Assembly (NCBI GenBank): GCA_951406725.2 | Contig: OX597826.1 | Coordinates: 62,186,001 to 62,250,000, forward strand | Source of the DNA: Octopus vulgaris | Lineage: Eukaryota | Direction of reading: 5' to 3' | DNA: 64,000 bases | Shown: positions 54,699 through 64,000 of the stretch, piece after piece | Numbering within the stretch: position 1 is the stretch's first letter | Layout: the number at the start of each line of letters is the position of its first letter | Notes under the pieces: generated by a model | What the model saw: the letters and a program-made list of their open reading frames with translations, nothing else | Told to the model about the DNA's origin: nothing | Databases searched by the model: none | Program-made: the position numbers and the translations under genes

Positions 54699-55429
54699 AT
54701 AGCTGTATGTATGAATATGTGTTTGTGTGTGTATATGCACACACATACACGCTCGCACACGCAGAGATATACACACATATTTGAAAACAGGATCTTAAGT
54801 TTAAAATCTAAATAGTGAGATATATTTCGCCCGGATGCCGATTTAAGTTCAGATAGCAATCTAGAGAAACAATCAGTATAGCAGTCACAGCTATAAGACA
54901 TTTATCAAATCTATTGCAATAACACAAACGTAAAATCATAGTTTCCAACTATAAACAACAAGGTTTCCTTACAGACATGAATTATGAATCATGTTTCAGA
55001 AATAAAATATAAAAACAAATCTTGTAGTTGTAGCATTGTCCGTTAATACAAAGAAATGCTAGGTTGCTAGACGATAAGTTCCTTGTTATTGTGGAAAATT
55101 ATATGGTTATGTATCGGATAATGTAACTTACCAATATTAGGTTCCAGTAAGGCACTATTTCTCCAAGAGTTTTCGTGACTTCAGTGCAAGCACCTCCAAT
55201 AAACATTATCATCTCTGGTTTACAGTATATCAAATTGTAAAGAGCATCCGTAGCTATTCCGGGATCACACTGCAAAGAATGACAAAGAAAGACATTGAAA
55301 CTAACTGACAGAAACCGAAGAAAGTCTGTTATTGAAACTTAAATAAAACGATGTATAATATAACGTGACAGATCAAAGAATAGCGAAGAACGACGAGCCA
55401 GCATTCGAAGGAAGAGTCTTACATAAAAC

Positions 55430-55676
55430 ATGAATAAATATAGAGGCTTGGTTTTTCGAATCTTTCACGTGAGGACGAAGGATCGGGCTCTAGCCTAGAA
55501 ACAAGACTCATTCATTGGAATTTAAAGACCAAATAAGATGCCTGCCATGCATTCATGTATGTATGTATGTATGTATGTATGTATATATGTATGTATGTGT
55601 TATGTATGTATGTATGTATGTATGTATGTATGTATGCATGTATGTATGTATGTATGTATGTATGTATGTATGTATG

Positions 55677-55710
<34 letters not shown>

Positions 55711-57354
55711 TGTATGTATGTATTATGTATGTATGTATGTATGTATGTATGCATGTATGCATGTATGCATGTATTCTTTGGAATTTCAACATCAACAACA
55801 GGGTATTTTGTATGTATGTATGTATGTATGTATGTATGTATTTATGTATGTGTATGCGTGTATGTCGATTCACGTGTGGTGTGTTATATTTTTGAGCAAA
55901 ACACTTCATCTCACGTTGCCCTGTGATCACCTCGAGATCTGACGTGCACATGGAGGGTGTAAGCTGATGTGTAGCACGAGCATATGATCAATATAAACAA
56001 ATAACGAAAACATTATTCAGTGCTATTTAAACGGGATGCATGACTTATTGGTTGTATGGTAATGACGTTATTCTCGCGATCATAAATTTCCAGGTTCGAT
56101 CCAAGCTACGTAGCCTCATCGGCAATTTTCTTCTAGCTGAACTTCAGTTCGACTAAAACCTTGTGAATGAAATTGTGTCGACCCAATCAGTAAAGAAAGC
56201 CTGTCAGGCGAATTATGCTCGCTTTTAGGTAGTAGACTTAAACCTATTTCTTTATTACCCACAAGGGGCTAAACAAAGAGGGGAGAAACAAGGACAGACA
56301 TAGGCATTAAGTCGATTACATCGACCCCAGTGCGTAACTGGTACTTAGTTTATTGACGCCGAAAGGATGAAAGGCAAAGTCGACCTCAGCGGAATTTGAA
56401 CTCAAAACGTAACGGCAGCCGAAATACCGCTAAGCATTTCGCCCGACGTGCTAACGATTCTGCCAGCTCGCCGCCTTAGACTTAAACATTAGACTTACTA
56501 CGTTAGCCGTAGTAGACTTAAACCGCATTCCAGTTTTAACATAATCTAGTGGATTCTTTTTTTTTTTTGCTTTCAGAAGAGTTCATTTTGTTGTCACCCA
56601 TCAGGATTGGTTTCTGATGACCTATAAGAGGTAGAAGATAAACTGGAGCGTAACATTCGAAGTTACTGTCAACCTTTTCTTTGTAAACATTAATATACGT
56701 CTGTATATGTGTGTGTGGTCTGTGGGCGTGTTCATGAAATTCATCATGTGTACATCTGACAGCCACACCCCTGTGAACATGTGTACACCTAGTTAGAAGC
56801 AAAAAATGCAAAGTTACCATTGAGGGTCATGCTGACACATAAGGGTCAGTTTCCCGGTTTCATGGCGTATATATTTCCCCTCTGGGTAGGATGCTAGTCT
56901 GTTGCAGGATTATTCATTTACGCCAGCTCAGTGGACTGGATCAATGTGAAATTGCTTTGCTCAGAAACACAACGCGTTGCTCGGTTCAGGAATGGAAATC
57001 CCAATCTTACGATCATGAGTCAAACACCCTAACCACTAAACCGTGCGTCTCGGCACGTGTGCATCTGCATATACAACATGCACAAGCATACGTAAATATA
57101 AACGCATGCGTACATACACGTATGTAAGGTATAGAGGTCTCTCGGGATAGAGAAAGACGGTTCTGCAACTTCTTTCTGAATAACATAGATTATTTGTTCG
57201 TTATTTGTTTATATTGATCACATGTTCGTGCTACACCCTCCATGTGCACGTCAGATATCGAAGTGATTATAGGGCAACGTGACATGAAATGTTTTGCTCA
57301 AAAATATAAGACACCGCACGTGAATCGACATACACGCATACCTACGCATACACA

Positions 57355-57385
<31 letters not shown>

Positions 57386-58372
57386 CGTAATATTCCTTCG
57401 ATAACACTTTAAACACATTCATACATACATTCATACATATATACATACATTCATACATATAAGCATACATACATATATACATATATGCATACATACATAC
57501 ATATATGCATACACACATACATACTTACAAAATAGCCTGTTGTTGATATTGAAATTCCAAAGAAGGTGCTATGGATCTACGTTAGAAACCGGTTCTTTCT
57601 CTATTGGCCAGAAATCTTGAAATAAATTGAATAATGACATACATACATACATACATACATACATACATACATACATACATACATACAAACATATATACAT
57701 ACATACGTGCATACATACATGCATACATGGATGCATACATACATGTTGATGTTGAAATTCCAATGAAGAAACATTGGATCTATGTTAGAAACCGGCTGTT
57801 TCTCCACTGGCAAGAAATATTGAAATGAAAATGAATAATGACATACAAACATACATACATACATACATACATACATACATACATGCATACATACATACAT
57901 ACAAACATACATACATACATACATACATACATACATACATACATACATACATACATACATACATACATACAAACATACATACATACATACATACATGCAT
58001 ACATACATACATACATACATGCATACATGCATACATATATACATACATACATACATACAAACATACATACATACATACATACATTCATACATGCATACAT
58101 ACATACATACATACATGCATACATACATACATACATACATACATACATACATACATACATACATACATACATACATACATACATACATACATACATACAT
58201 ACATACATACATACATACATACATGCATACATACATACATATATGCATGCATGGCGGGCACCCTATTTGGTTTTTAAATTGCAATGAATGTGCCTCGTTT
58301 CTAGGCTAGAACACGATTCTTTTTTCCTCTCGTGAAAGATTCGAAAAACCAAGCCTATATATTTTTATTCAT
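55430..58372. repeat. Inverted duplication: arms 55430-56020 and 57176-58372 around a 1155-bp spacer; arms contain long (TATG)n/(CATA)n
   Basis: ggcttggtttttcgaatctttcacg vs cgtgaaagattcgaaaaaccaagcc; tctgacgtgcacatggagggtgta vs tacaccctccatgtgcacgtcaga; tgatcaatataaacaaataacgaa vs ttcgttatttgtttatattgatca. Confidence 0.9.
56244..56476 (-). mobile_element. Full-length SINE family A with 11-bp TSD
   Basis: TSD TAGACTTAAAC at 56233-56243 and 56477-56487 defines the termini AGGCGGCGAG...AAAGAAATAG. Confidence 0.92.
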
Positions 58373-59714
58373 ATAAATTATCATTCATTTATTTTGGAAC
58401 ATTAAAAGCGGAATTTGAATGTAATCACAAAAGACAAATAAACAAGAAAAACAGGCATCAAAATTAAGAACAACAACAAAAAGAGTAGCGCTACAGCTGG
58501 CATCAAAATTAACAATAGCAGCAGCACCAGCAGCAGCAGCAGAATTACAGCTGGCTTCAAAATTAAAAAAGCAACAACAAGACAACAACAGTGATCAGTA
58601 TTCGAAATGATGATGATGACAATTAAGGCGTAGCGTATATTGACGATGACTATTATGTTAATGATGTTGGGAAAGACTCTTAATTAGAGCCATTACTTTA
58701 AAATTAGCTGCCTCACAACTCTACCCGAACCACATACACACACACACGACATACGCACAGCAAACTCACAACAAACTTATTTTAATGAGTTTGTTAATTA
58801 AACAACAATTTAATCATGCAAATGAATCACAGATACGTCATGTTATCGAGAGACAATCAGCTTCCATTTTGTCATCATGGCACCAATCAAAAGCTATTGC
58901 TCATTACAAATGAACAATATTCTTTAATTTTGCTGTTCATCGTCCCCTTGTTGATTTGCTGATGTGATTGATGATGTTGGCCTGTTGTTGTTGTTGATAA
59001 TGCTGTTCTTAATGGTTATGCCAATGCTAATATTTACTACTTGACTTATTTTCTTGCTACAATCTTTAATTCGTTGCTACACTGGGCCACCGCCTTCAAG
59101 CGTATAGGAGAGAGAAAAATCGTCCCTATGACTTATATTCAAGTCAGATACATATCCCATTTGTCTTTTCTGCCGAACCATTAATTCACAGGGACTATAT
59201 AGTCAGACACCGGTCGCCGGCTGTTGGTGGGAAACAAAAGCTCAAGAAAGTACACCACTCACACGCACGCACACACACACACACACGTACACACATAATT
59301 CTTTACATTTTCCGTCTGCTAAATTCCATCAAGTCATTAGTCAACCCGGTGCTATATACACCCAAGCCATATAGTTGAAGACATTTGTGCAAGGTACCGC
59401 GCAGTGGGGCTGAACCGAAATCCATGTGGTTTCAAATCAACATTGCCTTTCAGCGCTTTGTACTCGAGAAAATACAGTACCGGTCAAGTAGCGAGACTAA
59501 TACAGTTGTTATACATACTCTTCAAAGCATTTTAGCTTTGAACTCTGTAATGGATCGACGCCCTGTTGAAAGTGAGTGCACTAATCTCAGTTTATTATAC
59601 ACCATGGAAACAGGGTAAGCAGCCTTATGATCGAGAAAGAAAACGTTATAATCAAGCTGAATTATGAAACAAAATATGACCTTTCTCTTGTTCCATACAT
59701 CATTATTACTTCAT

Positions 59715-60157
59715 ATTGGTTTCAAATGTTGGCACAAGGACAGCAATTTTGGGGAAAGGGCTAGTCGTTTACAACGTCCCCCGTGCTCAGCTAGTACTAT
59801 GTGTATATTCTATTGATATTCAAAGGATGAAAGGCAATGTCCACCCTGGCGTGATCTAAGATCAGAACGTGAAGACCGACGAAATGTCACTAAACATTTT
59901 GCTCAGCGTGCTAATCATTCTGCCAACTCACCGTCTTACTACTAATATGAATGGTTTCAAATCTTTGCACAAGGCCAGCTAATTCGCGAGAAGTGGAGTA
60001 AGTTATTTACACTAACCTCAGTACTCAACTGGCACTTGTTTTATCGTTCCGAAAACACATGAAAGGCAAAATCGATATCGAAGTAATTTGAAGATGGGCG
60101 AAATCTCGCTGAGCATTTTGTCCAGCATGTTAACGGTTCTGCCTGCTCTCCGCCTTG
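59715..60157 (-). mobile_element. Two head-to-tail decayed SINE A copies (alternative tail)
   Basis: Two ggtttcaaat..gcacaagg..atgaaaggcaa..attttg..cagc..ttctgcc units ~235 bp apart. Confidence 0.7.
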
Positions 60158-60288
60158 CCTCATTATTTAACATGAACGTCTAAAATGTGTTCAGTATTTT
60201 TCCACAAAAAGCGTGTCTTAATGTCTAGGGAATTCGGCTCAGGATCGTAAAGTCATGAGTTAAATTCCCGGCCTCTCATTGTATCCTT

Positions 60289-60704
60289 TATTTCTTTATT
60301 GCCCACAAGGGGCTAGACACAGAGGGGACAAACAAAGTCAGACAAATGGATTAAGTCGACTACATCAACCCCAGTGCGTAACTAGTGCTTATTTAGTCGA
60401 CCCCGATAGGATGAAAGGCAAAGTCGACCACGGCGGAATTTGATCTCAGAACGTAGCGACAGACGAAATACCTATTTCTTTACTGTCCACAAGGGGCTAA
60501 ACACAGGAGGGACAAACAACGACAGAGAAACGGATTAAGTCGATGATATCGACCCCAGTGCGTAACTGGTACTTATTTAATCGACCCCGAAAGGATGAAA
60601 GGCAAAGTCGACCTCGGCGGAATTTGAACTCAGAACGTAGCGGCAGACGAAATACTGTTAAGCATTTCACCCGGCCTGCTAACGAGTCTGCCAGCTCGCC
60701 GCCT
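60289..60704 (-). mobile_element. SINE A dimer: full copy (60472-60704) fused to a headless copy (60289-60471)
   Basis: Two tandem bodies; junction agacgaaatac|ctatttctttac. Confidence 0.9.
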
Positions 60705-61178
60705 TCTCTATTAGCAGGAAATCTTGACATAAAACTGAATAATGACATACAGACATACATACATGTATACATACATACATGTATACATACATACATGTAT
60801 ACATACATACATGCATATTTGCATGCATGGTGGGCAACCTATTTGGTCTTTAAATTCCAATGAATGAGTCTTGTTTCGAAGCTTGAAAGCCGAAATTCGT
60901 TGTATCCTTGAGCAAAACACTTCGTCTCTCGTTACTCCAGTCCACTCAGCTAGTAAAAGTGAGTTGTAGCTGTAGTTCAAAGGACCAGCTTTGTCATTCT
61001 ACATCTACAGCCGTGTCATTCTACATCTCTCCCTGAGAAATAAGTTATGAGTACGCGTGATTCTGGAGTGATCAGTGACTTGCAGGTTAATTTCACGAGC
61101 AGATTGTTCCGTTAATCAGATAAACTGAAGCACGCGTCGTCATAAACGATGGAGAGTCGGACCAGGTCCGGTGATGTG

Positions 61179-61921
61179 TAATTTGAGGGGAATTTAACTA
61201 CTATTTCTAAGAGCTCAAGTATTATAGTTATTATAATCCTTTTCGCTACTGTTTTTGGTATTGTTCGACATTGTATGTCTTTCGCTGTTATTTTATTGTA
61301 ACCATTGTTAAACCGAAGTCTCTTCTCAATTATGTTACTGTTATGTAGACATTGGTGGAGGCGGAATGGCCCAGTGGTTAGGGCAGCGGACTCGCGGTCA
61401 TGGGATCGCGGTTTCGATTCCCAGACCAGGCGTTGTGAGTGTTTATTGAACGAAAAACCTAAAGCTCCACAAGGCTTCCGGCAGGGGATGGTGGTGATCC
61501 CTGCTGTACTCTTTCACCACAACTTTCTCTCACTCTTACTTCCTGTTTCTGTTGTACCTGTATTTCAAGGGGCCGGCCTTGTCACTCTCTGTGTCACGCC
61601 GAATATCCCCGAGAACTACGTTAAGGGTACACGTGTATGTGGAGTGCTCAGCCACTTACACGTTAATTTCACGAGCAGGCTGTTCCGTTGATTCGGATCA
61701 ACCGGAACCCTCGTCGTCGTAACCGACGGAGTGCTTCCCCCCCACCTAATTTGAGGGGAATTTAACTACTATTTCTAAGAGCTCAAGTATTATAGTTATT
61801 ATAATCCTTTTCGCTACTGTTTTTGGTATTGTTCGGCATTGTATGCCTTTTGCTGTTATTTCATTGTAACCATTGTTAAACCGAAGTCTCTTCTCAATTA
61901 TGTTACTGTTATGTAGACATT
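61179..61921 (+). repeat. 175-bp direct repeat (61179-61353 and 61747-61921; 4 substitutions) flanking a SINE
   Basis: taatttgaggggaattt...ttatgtagacatt present twice, each abutting a SINE terminus. Confidence 0.97.
61354..61746 (+). mobile_element. Full-length tRNA-derived SINE family C
   Basis: Highly similar to the reverse complement of 12542-12929. Confidence 0.92.
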
Positions 61922-62228
61922 ATTATTATTATTGTGGCTAGTTTTGGTTTGTTGAAGTTGTTGTTGCTACTGTCACTGATATTACTGCTGTGCCTAGTTT
62001 TGCGGTTGTTGTTGCTGTTACTACTCTTATTATTCGTAGTTGTTGTTCATGCTGTTATTGTAGTTGATGTTGTTGTTTATAATCCTGAATTCTTAGACTT
62101 TCTGTGTTTTTTTCTTCAAATGATTATTACTCTCCGTTTTCTATTTGTATTCTGTTTCAAGACGATAAGACACATAAAATATATCGAAGATTTCGCTGTC
62201 ACACATAGCGGTAACAATAAAGATTAGG

Positions 62229-62285
<57 letters not shown>

Positions 62286-62299
62286 TTACTGCTGCCGCT

Positions 62300-62330
<31 letters not shown>

Positions 62331-62345
62331 ACGACAAAGACGACA

Positions 62346-62386
<41 letters not shown>

Positions 62387-62737
62387 AGTGATAGTGTTTT
62401 CAGAGGAGCAAATGATGAGAAACTTTACTAGTTTAATTACAATGACGGATATGATAAATGTAAGAAGCAATAACGCTAGATTTGTTGATTGTAGTTTGTC
62501 CTATTTAGATAAATGAGGATGAGGATGATGATGATGATGAGGAGGAGGAGGAGGAGGAATACGAAGGAGGAGAATAAAGAAGAAGAGGGGGATGAGGATA
62601 AGGAAGCTGAGGCTGACAATAATGATAATAATAATGCATATTGTGTCATGATTATGTCTATCTGTTATGAGAAAAGTACAACGAATATTATGTCGAAAAT
62701 GTGTATGACTATGCGCATATATGTATGTATGTATGTG

Positions 62738-62769
<32 letters not shown>

Positions 62770-63103
62770 CGTCTGTGGGGGTGCGTGTGTGTGTGTATAC
62801 TCACATATGTATACGCGCTCACACACATATATGCATATACAGACATATATATATATATATACATATAAATATATATATATATATAATAATAAATATTGTT
62901 GTTGTATATATATATATATATATATATATTTCGCTTTTGGATTTGGTTTGCAATATTCATTATATGAGTTCGTGTGTGGAAACATATTCTGTTGTGTCTG
63001 GGGAGAGTCATTTTCTGTTGGTGCCTTATAATGTAACAGACTCACCGGTAAATTTCACCATGTTGAAAATTAGATTGAAATCAGGCAAAAGCTGTGCAAT
63101 CTT

Positions 63104-64000
63104 AAAATAACTTAGCGTTTCGCCAATCGAGATCAATCAAATTACTGCTCGGTTCACCAAAGGAGTTCGATGAAATAACACAGCGGTTCGTCAAAGGAGT
63201 TCGATGAAATAACACAGCGGTTCGCCAAAGGAGTTCGAAAAAATAACTTAGCGGTTCGCCATAGAAGATTGATAAAATAACTTAGTCAAAGGAGTACGAT
63301 AAAATAATCTAGTGGTTCACCAAACGTGATCGATAAAATAACCTAGAGGTTAGTCCAAGAAGAGCGATAAAATAACTTAGAGGTCCGCCAAACGAGATCC
63401 ATAAGATAACTTAGCGATTCGCCGAAGGTGATCAATAAAATAACCTAGTGGTTCGCCAATAGAGATCGATAAAATAACCTACCGGTTCGACAAAAAAGTT
63501 CGATAAAATAACTTAGTGATTCGCCAAAGGATATCGATAAAATAACTAGAGGTTCGCCACAGGAGATCGAAAAATTAACGTAGCGGTTTGCTAAAAGGTG
63601 ATCGATAAAATAACTTTGCGGTTTACCAAAGGATATCAATAAAATACGCTATCGGTTCGCCAATCGAGATCGATAATATAACATAGCGGTTTACCACAAC
63701 GTTATCGATAAAATAAGCTAGCGGTTCGCCAAACGCGGCCGATAAAATAACTTAGCGTTTCGACAAAGGTGTGCGATAAAATAATCTAGCGGTTCACCAA
63801 AGGAGATCGATAGAATAATGTAGCGGTTCGCCAAACGAGTCGATAAAATAACCTAGCGGTTCGCCGAAGTTAATCGATAAAATATGTTAGAGTTTTGCCA
63901 ATCGCGATATATTAAATTTCCTTTGCGGTTCGCCAAGGAGATCGATTAAATAACTTAACGTTTCGCCTACCCTGATCGATAAAATAACTTAGCGGTACGC
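63104..64000 (+). repeat. 34-35 bp tandem satellite, ~26 diverged units, running off the window end
   Basis: Consensus AAAATAACTTAGCGGTTCGCCAAAGGAGATCGAT. Confidence 0.95.

Noticed and set aside
63104-64000. CRISPR-like regular ~35-bp periodicity
   Set aside because: Units are contiguous diverged copies with no unique spacers, no cas genes, and the context is eukaryotic

Overview
AT-rich, microsatellite-saturated eukaryotic genomic DNA. The SINE families and repeat content fit an octopod cephalopod (Octopus-like); this is inferred, not database-checked. No intact protein-coding gene is visible, and almost all listed ORFs are translations of simple repeats. The window is a graveyard of mobile DNA. 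It holds a full-length decayed Tc1 (DD34E, IR/DR TIRs), a Chapaev3-type relic, a DD37D mariner-like fragment, an internally deleted Ty3/gypsy element and a non-autonomous Helitron. It also holds fragments of CR1/L2, RTE, R4/Dong and Penelope retroelements, and many tRNA-derived SINEs. Most notable: (1) several unrelated minimal type-I hammerhead-ribozyme-like motifs in short inserts in or near microsatellites; (2) a 34-35 bp satellite that appears to be born from an internal SINE segment; (3) a SINE flanked by a 175-bp direct repeat (giant TSD); (4) SINE dimers with an identical fusion junction at two distant loci; (5) two old kb-scale inverted duplications and two short foldback hairpins; (6) a 73-bp minisatellite dense in STAT/kB-like motifs; (7) weak evidence for small minus-strand host exons. 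All alignments and folds were done by eye.
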